From IMG/VR virus record IMGVR_UViG_3300037400_004242: a stretch of DNA of 64,000 nucleotides, one strand, 5' to 3'. Positions 48,206 through 57,999 of this stretch are shown piece by piece. The position numbers and the translations under genes were made by a program. The stretch comes from a virus. Its lineage: Duplodnaviria > Caudoviricetes. Below the pieces are notes generated by a model that was given only the letters and a program-made list of their open reading frames with translations, was not told where the DNA came from and made no database searches. Position 1 is the first letter of the stretch, and each line of letters starts with the position of its first letter.

Positions 48206-49570
48206 TACTTACAAAATTTGTGAAATTGAAATGGAATAGGAATAATAAAAAATTTTATACTTTAAAAGGATATAAATTTACAAACTATGGAGATGAATTT
48301 TTAGTTCATATAAAAGATTTATCAAAAGGAAGTTCTGCAATTGTTCAAGTACAATGTGAATATTGTAAAAAGATATATGATGTAAAATATTGTAATTATC
48401 AAAAAGTAGAAAAATACTGTTGTCATCAATGTTCTAAGAAAAAAGAACAAGAGACAAATTTAAAAAAAATATCATTGTAAAAATCCAATGCAAAATGATA
48501 CAGTTAAACAGAAAATGTATCAAACAAATCTAAAAAAATATGGAAACAAATGTTCTTTACGAAATGAAAATGTTCAATTGAAAGTAAAACATTTAAAAGA
48601 ATGTCCATTATGTCATAAAACATATAAACTTTTATCTTTGCATATTAAAAATTCTCATAACGAATTTTATAAAGAACAAGTAGGACTAATTCAAAAACAA
48701 ATAAATAATTTAGACATAAATAAAAATACAGACTTAACAAAATATAACATTTATTTAAGTTATTGTGTTTGTTGTAGAATATGGAAAGAATTTGATAAAA
48801 CATTATATGATAAAAGAGTAAAGAACTTAACATCAAAAAACATTTCAAAAGCAAAAAAAGGAATGAAAATGTCAGATGAATGGAAACAACATCTATCTGA
48901 AGCACATAAAGGACAAAAAGCATGGAATTGCGGATTAGATATGTCTGATAAACGTGTATATGATAATATTATGAAACGAAATCATACAATTGCAGAACAA
49001 AATAAATTAAAATATAAAACTGGAGAAATGGTTGCTTGGAAAACAGGATTAACAAATGAAAATTCTGAAAAAGTAAGAAAAATATCAGAAAAAACATCGA
49101 AAACAATGGCACAAAAAGAACAATATAATAGTAGAGGAATTGCAGGAATACGACCCGATTTAGGTTTCTTTTGTGCATCAACATATGAAGCAAACATTTA
49201 TCGTATATATCAATATTACAATAAAAAAGATGGAATTGATTATAAAAGAGAATATAACAATATTTTTCCTGTTCATATTCAAGGACAAATACATTATTAT
49301 AGAATAGATATTCAAGATGCATGTGGGCTATTTGGAAACAAAAACCAATACATTGAAGTTAAAGGATATATGAACGAAGAATCAATTGAAAAAATTAATG
49401 CATTTCGTAAAGAATATCCAAATTATAAATTAATCGTTATTGGTGGTAAGGATACAAATCCTGATATTGATTATTTTCAGTTGCAAGAAAAATACCAACC
49501 TTTAATTCCATTGTGGGAAACAAAAAAGAAAAATATACGTGTAACTCCGTGGTTATACAACAAAATTTAA
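48202..49570 (+). pseudogene. PD-(D/E)XK homing endonuclease split by a +1 frameshift in an A8 run
   Basis: Removing one A at 48462-48469 joins both ORFs and restores TNLKKYHCKNPMQ, matching TNLERYGCEHPMQ; C-terminal YRID...IEVKG. Confidence 0.65.
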
Positions 49571-49610
49571 TATATGTATTATATAATTAACCCTAGGGGG
49601 AGGAGTTTGT

Positions 49611-51296
49611 ATGTTAAAAAGACATGAAGTTAGCGGACAAAAACAATTAAATATGGATGTTTACCAAGCGTTTCAAAAACGTATGGATTTTGTCGTGAAA
49701 GAATTTGATGTCATTAGTATTTCATTTTCAGGTGGTAAAGATAGTGGTGTTCTTTTGAATTTGGTTATGGACTATTTAAAAGAGCATAATATTAATGATA
49801 AAAAAGTATGTATTTTCCATCAAGACATGGAATGTCAATATCAAGCGACTTCTGACTACGTAGAAGAAACGTTTAAAGAATTTGCAGATAAAGCAGAATG
49901 TTATTGGTTTTGTCAGCCGATTGAATCAAGAAATGCATTGAGTATGTTTCAACATTATTGGTATCCGTGGGATGACGAATGTCCTGAAAAATGGACTAGA
50001 CCAATGCCCAATTATCCATATGTATACACATTGAAAAATAATCCATTTTCTTTATATGAATATAAAATGGAATATCATGAACATGCAGAAAAATTTGAAA
50101 TTTGGTTAAAACAAAAATATGGTGGAAGAGTAATTTCTCTTACAGGTATGCGTGCAAGTGAATCCTTAAATCGTTATCGTGCAGTTATAAATAAAGTGTG
50201 TTGTTATAAAGGTAAAAAATGGACGAAAGAAATTGATAAGGACGTTTATGTAGCATATCCAATTTATGATTGGACAGTCAATGATATATGGATAGCAAAT
50301 GCTAAATTTGGATATAAATATAATCATTTATATGATTTGTTTTATAAAGCAGGAGTTCCATTAACACAGATGCGTGTTGCTTCTCCTTTTCATGATGATG
50401 CCAAAAATGATTTAAATATGTATCGTGTAATTGACCCACAAATTTGGTCAAAACTTCTTTGTCGTGTAGAAGGTGTTAACTTCGCGGCAATTTATGGAAG
50501 AACAAAAGCGATGGGATGGAATAAAGTTACCATGCCAAAAGGTAAAACGTGGAAAGAATATAATAAATTTATTATTTTAACATTACCTGCGGAAACACGT
50601 CAAAATTATGTAGATAAATTTAATTTTTCTATTCAATTTTGGTTAACAAAAGGCTCAGGATTAAGTCAAGATATTATTCAAAAATTATATGATACTACTT
50701 GTTTGATAACAAATACATCATTTATGAATAAAGACGAAATTAATAATATAGACTATAGCATCACGAAAAATGAAAATGGAGAATATACTTTAAATTTCCC
50801 AAGTAATTTTAAAGATAATATTTTTCATTATACGTTCTTTGATAACGTAAAAGTAAGGGCAAAAGGAATTTTAAAAGATTTAAAAGGGGAACCGATTCAT
50901 CGTATTAATGCATTAGGAGAAGAAATAGAGGACGAATATCTTCCAGATATTTATGGAGAATACGAATATGTGTTAGATAAAAATAGCAGAATTTATACTG
51001 TGGAACAAGGAATTAAAGATTCAAAAACAGAAGAAGAAAAAGCGTTATATGATGAAAAAAACAAAGATGATGTTTGCCCAAAAATTTCACATTTTGGAAA
51101 ACATATGAACTTCCAGGTTATTTGTTCTATGATTGCTGATGAAACAGATGTATTGCAGGAGACACAAGCAGTAGCTTCATGGAAACGAATGACAATTTGT
51201 TTGCTAAAAAACGATTATCTTTGCAAATACATGGGTTTTGGATTAACAAAAGAACAACAGAAAAAAGTTAATTATATTAAAAATATGAGTAAATAA
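49611..51296 (+). CDS. ibrA: IbrA-like PAPS-reductase/PP-loop family protein (DUF3440)
   Basis: ISFSGGKDS, GMRASESLNR, YPIYDW, MRVASPF, SWKRM...KND...MGFG. Confidence 0.85.
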   Translation: MLKRHEVSGQKQLNMDVYQAFQKRMDFVVKEFDVISISFSGGKDSGVLLNLVMDYLKEHNINDKKVCIFHQDMECQYQATSDYVEETFKEFADKAECYWFCQPIESRNALSMFQHYWYPWDDECPEKWTRPMPNYPYVYTLKNNPFSLYEYKMEYHEHAEKFEIWLKQKYGGRVISLTGMRASESLNRYRAVINKVCCYKGKKWTKEIDKDVYVAYPIYDWTVNDIWIANAKFGYKYNHLYDLFYKAGVPLTQMRVASPFHDDAKNDLNMYRVIDPQIWSKLLCRVEGVNFAAIYGRTKAMGWNKVTMPKGKTWKEYNKFIILTLPAETRQNYVDKFNFSIQFWLTKGSGLSQDIIQKLYDTTCLITNTSFMNKDEINNIDYSITKNENGEYTLNFPSNFKDNIFHYTFFDNVKVRAKGILKDLKGEPIHRINALGEEIEDEYLPDIYGEYEYVLDKNSRIYTVEQGIKDSKTEEEKALYDEKNKDDVCPKISHFGKHMNFQVICSMIADETDVLQETQAVASWKRMTICLLKNDYLCKYMGFGLTKEQQKKVNYIKNMSK

Positions 51297-51333
51297 AAAA
51301 AGATACGTACACAAAAATGTACGTATCTTTTTT
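51295..51333 (+). terminator. bidirectional intrinsic terminator
   Basis: aaaaaaagatacgtaca-caaaaa-tgtacgtatctttttt. Confidence 0.85.
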
Positions 51334-51341
51334 ATGCAAGC

Positions 51342-51537
51342 AAAAAGAGCAACATCAAACGGAAGAAAAATGTTGCTCTTGCAGAGAAAAGGAGAAATAA
51401 GCGAGTATGCCAAGAATCACTACTGGAAGAACGCTTTTTTATGAGAGATATGAACAGGAGGAATTATGATGAGAAAGCAAATATTTTTAGGAATATTTGT
51501 GTTTGAAAACTGTTTAAATCTCTCTATCTCGCTTACA
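51342..51537 (-). ncRNA. candidate small RNA (~195 nt) with anti-Shine-Dalgarno tracts
   Basis: Perfect minus-strand promoter, nested stems and its own terminator (aagagcaacat/atgttgctctt plus U-tract). Confidence 0.65.
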
Positions 51538-51542
51538 TGTTT

Positions 51543-51571
51543 ATTATACTATGTAGTGGTAATTTTGTCAA
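51543..51571 (-). promoter_or_regulatory. consensus sigma-A promoter, minus strand
   Basis: TTGACA (complement of 51566-51571), 17 nt, TATAAT (complement of 51543-51548). Confidence 0.85.
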
Positions 51572-51607
51572 TCACTTTTTATTGAAAAATTTGATATATG
51601 ATATAAT

Positions 51608-52123
51608 ATGTGTGGTGAGAGAAAAATGTTAAAACAGATTCCAAATACAAAACATATATATTATGCAGATAAAAATGGAAATATTTACAATAATAAAAAA
51701 GAAAAGAAAAAATGTCATTTAGATAAAGATGGATATTTAATTACTTCTATTGATGGAAAAAGTAAAAAAGTACATCGTTTAATTTTGGGAACTTTTGTTA
51801 TAAATAAAAATAATTATCCAATGGTAAATCATATTAATGGAGTTAAAAATGATAATCGACTTTGTAATTTAGAATGGGTATCATCTTCTCAAAATGTATA
51901 TAAGGCACATCATGAAACAAAAACTAGAATTGCAGGTATTAATACAGGAATGAAAGCTGTTCCTGTGATTTGTATTGAAATTTTAACAAATGCCATGTAT
52001 AATTATAATAGTATTTCAGAAGCAAGTAGAGCCTTGAAAATACCTGAATATATGATAAGTCGTTGTGTAAATGGAAAACGTAAATCAGCGAAAGGTTTTA
52101 TGTTTAAAAAAAAGGAGAATTAA
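51608..52123 (+). CDS. HNH homing endonuclease with NUMOD1-like domain
   Basis: VHRLI...VNHINGVKNDNRLCNLEWV; YNSISEASRAL; extended -10 TGATATAAT upstream. Confidence 0.85.
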   Translation: MCGERKMLKQIPNTKHIYYADKNGNIYNNKKEKKKCHLDKDGYLITSIDGKSKKVHRLILGTFVINKNNYPMVNHINGVKNDNRLCNLEWVSSSQNVYKAHHETKTRIAGINTGMKAVPVICIEILTNAMYNYNSISEASRALKIPEYMISRCVNGKRKSAKGFMFKKKEN

Positions 52124-52125
52124 TT

Positions 52126-52701
52126 ATGGAAAAGAAAAATGAAACTGAAGAGCAAGAATTTGTTTCACCTGTCTATCATGTTCGCTGTGTACCTGTTGAA
52201 AAATTAGTTGCAAATGAATATAATCCTAACCACGTAGCTCCCGAAGAATTTAAGCTTCTGTACGATTCAATTAAATGTGATGGTTATACTATGCCAATTG
52301 TTACATATTATCGTAAAGAAGACGATATGTACGAAATTGTTGATGGTTTTCATAGATATTCTATTATGAAAAGATATGATGATATTCGAGAACGTGAACA
52401 TGGATGTTTGCCTGTTGTTGTAATTGATAAGCCTTTGGAAGAACGCATGGCATCAACTGTAAGGCATAATCGAGCTAGGGGCACGCATGATGTAGACCTT
52501 ATGAGTAATATTGTTGGAGAACTTCATAAACTTGGTCGTGAAGATGCTTGGATTGAAAAGCATTTAGGCATGTCAGAAGATGAAGTACTTCGTTTAAAAC
52601 AGATTACAGGACTTGCAGAATTGTTTAGAGATAAAGAATTTTCTCAGGCGTGGACAACAGAAGATAATATCTCTGTAAATGGGGAGGAAGTTGAAGAATG
52701 A
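52126..52701 (+). CDS. ibrB: IbrB-like ParB/Srx-family protein
   Basis: SPVYHV, ANEYNPNHVAP, DGYTMPIV, IVDGFHR, STVRHNRARG. Confidence 0.88.
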   Translation: MEKKNETEEQEFVSPVYHVRCVPVEKLVANEYNPNHVAPEEFKLLYDSIKCDGYTMPIVTYYRKEDDMYEIVDGFHRYSIMKRYDDIREREHGCLPVVVIDKPLEERMASTVRHNRARGTHDVDLMSNIVGELHKLGREDAWIEKHLGMSEDEVLRLKQITGLAELFRDKEFSQAWTTEDNISVNGEEVEE

Positions 52702-53873
52702 AAATCTTTACAGATGATATGAAAATAGATGATGAAGAATGGAAAGATATTGATGAAACATATAAAATTAGTAATTTTGGAAGAGTAATATTTTTTAGAA
52801 ATAAAAAATGGTATTTATCGAATGTAAAGAATGATAGAGTATCTATTCATGCAAAAAAAATGCAGGTGAGCACTTTAGTATTAAAAACATTTAAAAATAT
52901 TGAATTAACAAGTAAAGAATATATTAAACACTTAGATGGGAATGAAGAAAATAATTGTATAGAAAATTTAATTGTTGATACAAAATCAAATAGGTATAAA
53001 CAGCTTGCAAAAGAAGGTAAGTTTGATAATTTTATTCATTCTACAACAAAGAACAATGTATTGATAGAACCATATGAATATACAGATGAAAACAATGTTA
53101 AATGGAAGTCGATTCATGGATATGAAGGATTGTATGAAATAGGAACAAATGGACATATTAAATATTTAACAAAAGATGGTTCAAAACATAATATGTCTAT
53201 CAATAACAATGGTAAAAAAGGATATTTAATTGTTCAATTAAGAAAAAATGGGCAACGTTCAAGTGAACTTGTACATCGCTTAGTTATGGAAAATTTTCAT
53301 CCACTTGAAAATATGAATGATTTGCAAGTAAATCATATTGATGGAAATAATAAAAATAATGATATTTCTAATTTAGAGTGGGTAACTGCAAAAGAAAATA
53401 TGAAACATGCAAATGATAACGGATTAGTTAATAACCAATCTGTATTTTTTAAATATAAGGGGAAAGAATATTTTCATATTCATGAGATAATGAAAGAATA
53501 TGATTTATCCGTTCAGGAAGCACAAAATGTTGTAGAACGAGTTCCAATTCGTGAAGCTGTATATGTAAAACGATGGAAAATTGAGAATGATTTACCAAAT
53601 GAAAAATGGGAAATTGTAGAAGGGTATAATTGCGAAATATCTAATTATGGAAGATGTTTGACTTATGTTGATAACCATCGCTTTAAATGTACATTAAAAC
53701 AGATTAGAAAAGATAAATATTATAATTTAACAGATATGTATGGACATCGTAAAGATTATATGATTGCAAAATTAGTACTTCATGCGTTTACAGATTATCA
53801 AGATGAAAAGATTCAATATAAAGATGGTAACGAATTAAATTTTAAATTAGAGAATTTAATATGGAAAAAATAA
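52698..53873 (+). CDS. NUMOD4-HNH homing endonuclease (three tandem units, central one intact)
   Basis: WKSIHGYEGLYEI...VHRLV...VNHIDGNNKNNDISNLEWV with two degenerate flanking copies. Confidence 0.8.
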   Translation: MKIFTDDMKIDDEEWKDIDETYKISNFGRVIFFRNKKWYLSNVKNDRVSIHAKKMQVSTLVLKTFKNIELTSKEYIKHLDGNEENNCIENLIVDTKSNRYKQLAKEGKFDNFIHSTTKNNVLIEPYEYTDENNVKWKSIHGYEGLYEIGTNGHIKYLTKDGSKHNMSINNNGKKGYLIVQLRKNGQRSSELVHRLVMENFHPLENMNDLQVNHIDGNNKNNDISNLEWVTAKENMKHANDNGLVNNQSVFFKYKGKEYFHIHEIMKEYDLSVQEAQNVVERVPIREAVYVKRWKIENDLPNEKWEIVEGYNCEISNYGRCLTYVDNHRFKCTLKQIRKDKYYNLTDMYGHRKDYMIAKLVLHAFTDYQDEKIQYKDGNELNFKLENLIWKK

Positions 53874-54628
53874 TATGCGAAGAATTTGATTTGAATTTTA
53901 TAGAAGCAAAAAATAAATATAATTGTTGTTTTACGGAAAAAGATTTTCAAACGGGGAAATATGATTTTTACTATATTTTGCAAAAAGATGACAAGAATCA
54001 TAAGATGTACAACGAATTATTAGTAAAATATAATTCTGTACAAGTTTTAACAAAAGGTTTTTTAGTATCGAATCAATATTCTTTAATCAATTTTAAAAAA
54101 ATAAAAATATATCCTACAAGTCAAGGGATGAATAATCGAAAAAAAGTATTAACAAATACATATGCTATTCGATTTATGAAAAAATATCAAAGAGATTTCA
54201 TATTTCAAAATATGGAATATTTAAAATCTCACAAATTAGAAAAATATCTCCCAAAAATCTTGTATTTTGGGAGATACATTTTAATTGAGGAAAGAATTAA
54301 AACAAATTGGATAAATAAAATAAATTTGTTAAAGTTCTTATTTGTAATGTATTTAATCATATTTAAGCAAATAAGATTGATGGATTTAACACAAACGAAT
54401 ATCTTGTTTTATCATGGTTTTAAAATTATAGATATAGATTTTAATGTAAAAATTCCATCAAAATATTTAATTATTTATTATATTAACGAGTATTTTTTTA
54501 AGTGCTGTGGATTCTTATATGATAATATTGGATGTAGAATAGACAATTGGTTAATCAAAATTGTAAATGATAAAATTTTAAAAAATAACAAAACGTATAA
54601 GTTGTGGGGTAAATATTTTGATAGTTGA
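53861..54628 (+). CDS. protein-kinase-like fold protein, paralog 1 (sugar/small-molecule kinase-like)
   Basis: YAIRF, LPKI...LIEERI, MDLTQTNIL (catalytic loop), FKIIDID. Confidence 0.6.
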   Translation: MEKIICEEFDLNFIEAKNKYNCCFTEKDFQTGKYDFYYILQKDDKNHKMYNELLVKYNSVQVLTKGFLVSNQYSLINFKKIKIYPTSQGMNNRKKVLTNTYAIRFMKKYQRDFIFQNMEYLKSHKLEKYLPKILYFGRYILIEERIKTNWINKINLLKFLFVMYLIIFKQIRLMDLTQTNILFYHGFKIIDIDFNVKIPSKYLIIYYINEYFFKCCGFLYDNIGCRIDNWLIKIVNDKILKNNKTYKLWGKYFDS

Positions 54629-55355
54629 ATATTTTAAAATAGATTTCTTAGAAGCAAGAAATAAATATAATTGTTGCTTTACAGAAAAAGATTTCAAAAC
54701 AGGAAAATATGATTTTTGGTATTCTTTGATAGATTCAAAAAGGAATCTAAATAGATATGAAGAATTATTAAAAAAGTATAATTGTATTCAAATTTTATTG
54801 AATGGTTTTTTAATTTCAAACAAATACATGATGATAGACTATAAAAAAGTACCTATTACTCCTGTAAATCGTACTTATGGAAGGAGTAAGGTGCTAACTG
54901 ATATATATGCTATTCGATTTATGAAAAGATTTCAAAAAAAGTTTATACATAATAATTTAAAATATTATAATGATAAACATATAGATAAATATTTGCCAAC
55001 AATTCGATATATTAGTAACAATATTTTAATAGAAGATAGAATTTTTCATGATAAACAATTTCAATATCATTATAGAAAACTGTTTTTTGTTTTTTATCTC
55101 ATATTCGTAAAACATATTAATTTGATGGATTTGGTTGAATCTAATATCTTATATACAAAAGATGGAAAATTTAAAATTATAGATATAGATTGTTCTGTTA
55201 AAATACCAAAAAAATTACTAGTTCCATATTATTTAAATGAATATATTTTTCGTAACATTAGTTTTAAATATAGTAAAAAATTTAATGATTTTTTAATTAA
55301 ACAAATTAATAAAATATTTACTGTAGAAGATAAGAGCTTATGGTGGGATTTTTGA
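54618..55355 (+). CDS. protein-kinase-like fold protein, paralog 2
   Basis: YAIRF, LPTI...LIEDRI, MDLVESNIL, FKIIDID; clearly similar to paralog 1. Confidence 0.6.
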   Translation: MIVEYFKIDFLEARNKYNCCFTEKDFKTGKYDFWYSLIDSKRNLNRYEELLKKYNCIQILLNGFLISNKYMMIDYKKVPITPVNRTYGRSKVLTDIYAIRFMKRFQKKFIHNNLKYYNDKHIDKYLPTIRYISNNILIEDRIFHDKQFQYHYRKLFFVFYLIFVKHINLMDLVESNILYTKDGKFKIIDIDCSVKIPKKLLVPYYLNEYIFRNISFKYSKKFNDFLIKQINKIFTVEDKSLWWDF

Positions 55356-56059
55356 TGAATAAAATAATAATAGAGAATTTTAAAATTCCATTTAAAAAAA
55401 TAGTTGAAAGTGGTTATACAATTTGTTTCACGGAAGAACAATTTCAAAAAACGGATATGATTTTTTATATTTGAAAAAATATAAAATTACACATTTATAT
55501 AATGATTTAAAAAAATATAATGTGATTCAAAAAGTAAATGATGGTGTTCTAATTTCAAATAAATATATCATTATAAATAATAAAATATATAAAATTACTT
55601 TATTAAATCAAATAAATCATTCAAAAATACAAGCAAATGATTATATGATTCGATTTTTTACAAAAGGAATAAAATCGAAAATATTATACAATATTAATTT
55701 AATTAAAAATAAATTGGGCATTAAATATCTTCCAAAAAATTTTTTATTTCGGAGATTCCATTTTAGTAGAAGAAAAAATAGTTCCTCATAAAATATTTAA
55801 TCATTTTTATATTATGAAATTTATTTTTATGATGTATTTAACATTATTTAAAAATATAAAAATATTTGATTTAGATGAATATAATATTATTATTGATAAA
55901 AATCTATGTTTTAAAATAATAGATTTAGATAAAACATGTGATTTCTCAAAAATAAAAATTATTATATATTACATATATGATTATTTTATATATAAATATT
56001 TTACGTGGAATATGCAACAAAAAATAGATAATTATTTCTTTCCAGAAGAAAGGGGATAA
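55355..56059 (+). pseudogene. protein-kinase-like paralog 3, broken by two homopolymer frameshifts
   Basis: Pieces MNKIII..CFTEEQF / GYDF..YMIRF..YLPK / IFYFG..LVEEKI..FDLDEYNII..FKIIDLD join if the A6 runs near 55446 and 55734 are corrected. Confidence 0.6.
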
Positions 56060-56065
56060 AGTTAC

Positions 56066-57385
56066 ATGGAACCAAAAATTTGCATTGTTGGTTTAGGATA
56101 TGTAGGAATACAATTAGCATGTGAATTTGTTCAGCATGGAATTGTATATGGATATGATATAAATGAACAAAAAATATATGAATATAAACATCATATAGAT
56201 AAAACAAATTCTGTAGATATTGATTACTTAGATGACATTCATTATATTACAGATATTTATGAGTTGTTTAAATTTGATGAAAATATGCGTCCAAATACAT
56301 ATATTGTATGTGTACCAACACCTGTAGATGACAAACATCAACCAGACTTAACTCCTTTAAAAAGCGCGATAGAAGATATTTCAAAAGTTATGGTACAAGA
56401 TTCTACTGTTATTTTTGAATCAACAGTTGCACCAAAAACAACAAGAGAAATATGTATTCCTTTATTAGAGAAATTGACAAAATTAAAATGTGATAAAGAT
56501 TTTTATGTAGGTTTTTCCCCAGAACGTTTACAACCAGGTAGAAATGGAAAACAAATTAAAGAAATTATAAAATTGATTTCTGGTAGTAGTGATGAAGCAT
56601 TAAATAGAGTATATGATATTTATCATTTAATTTTATCTGATGAAAAAATTCATAAATGTTCTTCATTGGAAGTTGCGGAAACATCAAAAATTATGGAGAA
56701 TGTGAAACGTGATGTAAATATTGCATTAATGAACGAATTTCAAATGATTTGTTCTATGAGTAATATTGATTTTGATGATGTATTAGCTTCTGCTAGAACA
56801 AAATTTAATTTTGATAAAGCATCTTACAACCCAGGTATGGTAGGAGGACATTGTATTGGTGTTGACCCGTATTATTTCATTGAATTTGAAAAAAATTATG
56901 TAAAAGATTTATGCGGCGTTGTAAAATCTGCTAGGACATTAAATGAAAATATTCCATTCTTTTTAGCAAATATGATTTTAGATGGTATTCCAAAAGAAGA
57001 AAAAGAAAAAAACGTTTTGATTTTAGGATACACATTTAAAGAAAATTGCAATGATATAAGAAATACGAAAGTAAAAGATTTACGTAATATATTAGCAAAT
57101 GCTGAAGTAAATGTATTTGTTTGCGATAATAAATTACCGTATAATTATATAGATGGATTTGATATGTATAGTAACATATCAAATTTTAAAGATAAAACAT
57201 TTGATTGCATTTTTATTGCTTTGAATGAGCCATCATTAATTGATGGTGATATATTTTCAAAATTAAAAGATACAGGTTTTGTCTTTGATTATAAGGGCGT
57301 ATTTAAGAATTATGTAGATGATATATATAAATGTGGATTTTTGGATAAAAATAATATCCCATTCGATAAAATTGTAACACTATAA
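56066..57385 (+). CDS. UDP-N-acetylhexosamine 6-dehydrogenase (WbpA/WbpO/WecC/TviB family)
   Basis: GLGYVG, CVPTP, FESTV, SPER, KIMEN..RD, VGGHCIGVDPYY, TFKENCNDIRN. Confidence 0.9.
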   Translation: MEPKICIVGLGYVGIQLACEFVQHGIVYGYDINEQKIYEYKHHIDKTNSVDIDYLDDIHYITDIYELFKFDENMRPNTYIVCVPTPVDDKHQPDLTPLKSAIEDISKVMVQDSTVIFESTVAPKTTREICIPLLEKLTKLKCDKDFYVGFSPERLQPGRNGKQIKEIIKLISGSSDEALNRVYDIYHLILSDEKIHKCSSLEVAETSKIMENVKRDVNIALMNEFQMICSMSNIDFDDVLASARTKFNFDKASYNPGMVGGHCIGVDPYYFIEFEKNYVKDLCGVVKSARTLNENIPFFLANMILDGIPKEEKEKNVLILGYTFKENCNDIRNTKVKDLRNILANAEVNVFVCDNKLPYNYIDGFDMYSNISNFKDKTFDCIFIALNEPSLIDGDIFSKLKDTGFVFDYKGVFKNYVDDIYKCGFLDKNNIPFDKIVTL

Positions 57386-57453
57386 AATTATTATAGGCAT
57401 ATATTTTTAATCTATTTTATTTAGAGAAGATTCTAATAAGGTGGTGAAAATAT

Positions 57454-57993
57454 ATGCCAATTATTTTACAATCATCTGATGATAATTCAATTTCTCCATT
57501 AACAGACAGAGAAAGAGATTTAGTACATAAATTACGTGCGATGTTGAAAGATATACCAGATGAGCAATTTCGTAGTTTAAATACATTGGTGGAAAAACAA
57601 AGAGGACAAAGATGGTCAGATGAACTTTTGTTGACATATTTACAAATAGCGATGTCTGATATTAATTCAGAACCTCCACTTACACTTTTTACATTATATG
57701 ATGTCCCTATTAGTTGGGATGGATGCATACTTATAGGTGCATTTATCCTGGCTCTCCTTGGGGAAGCAATTGTACAGAATGGTGAAGCATTTAGTTATTC
57801 AGATAATGGTATTTCTTTAAATATTAATCAGGCGGCAGGGTATCAATCTGTTGCACAAGCGATGCAAGGTGCATATCAACAGCAGAAACAGAATTTGAAA
57901 AAGTCTTTAAGACCTTCTGCAAGAGCGATTAAGAGCAACCCAGCTCCCGTCAGGATTCGCTCATATGCTCAAAGGATGTGGACGTATCGTTGA
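57454..57993 (+). CDS. putative head-tail connector/neck protein
   Basis: 179 aa, helical, with an FSYSDNGISL hairpin; downstream of MCP and followed by a terminator. Confidence 0.55.
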   Translation: MPIILQSSDDNSISPLTDRERDLVHKLRAMLKDIPDEQFRSLNTLVEKQRGQRWSDELLLTYLQIAMSDINSEPPLTLFTLYDVPISWDGCILIGAFILALLGEAIVQNGEAFSYSDNGISLNINQAAGYQSVAQAMQGAYQQQKQNLKKSLRPSARAIKSNPAPVRIRSYAQRMWTYR

Positions 57994-57999
57994 CAATAA

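Noticed and set aside
38700-57385. Aminoglycoside-like antibiotic biosynthesis (radical SAM, DegT, glycosyltransferase, APH-like kinases)
   Set aside because: No cyclitol synthase or exporter is visible; the UDP-HexNAc dehydrogenase and GT2 point to nucleotide-sugar glycan chemistry
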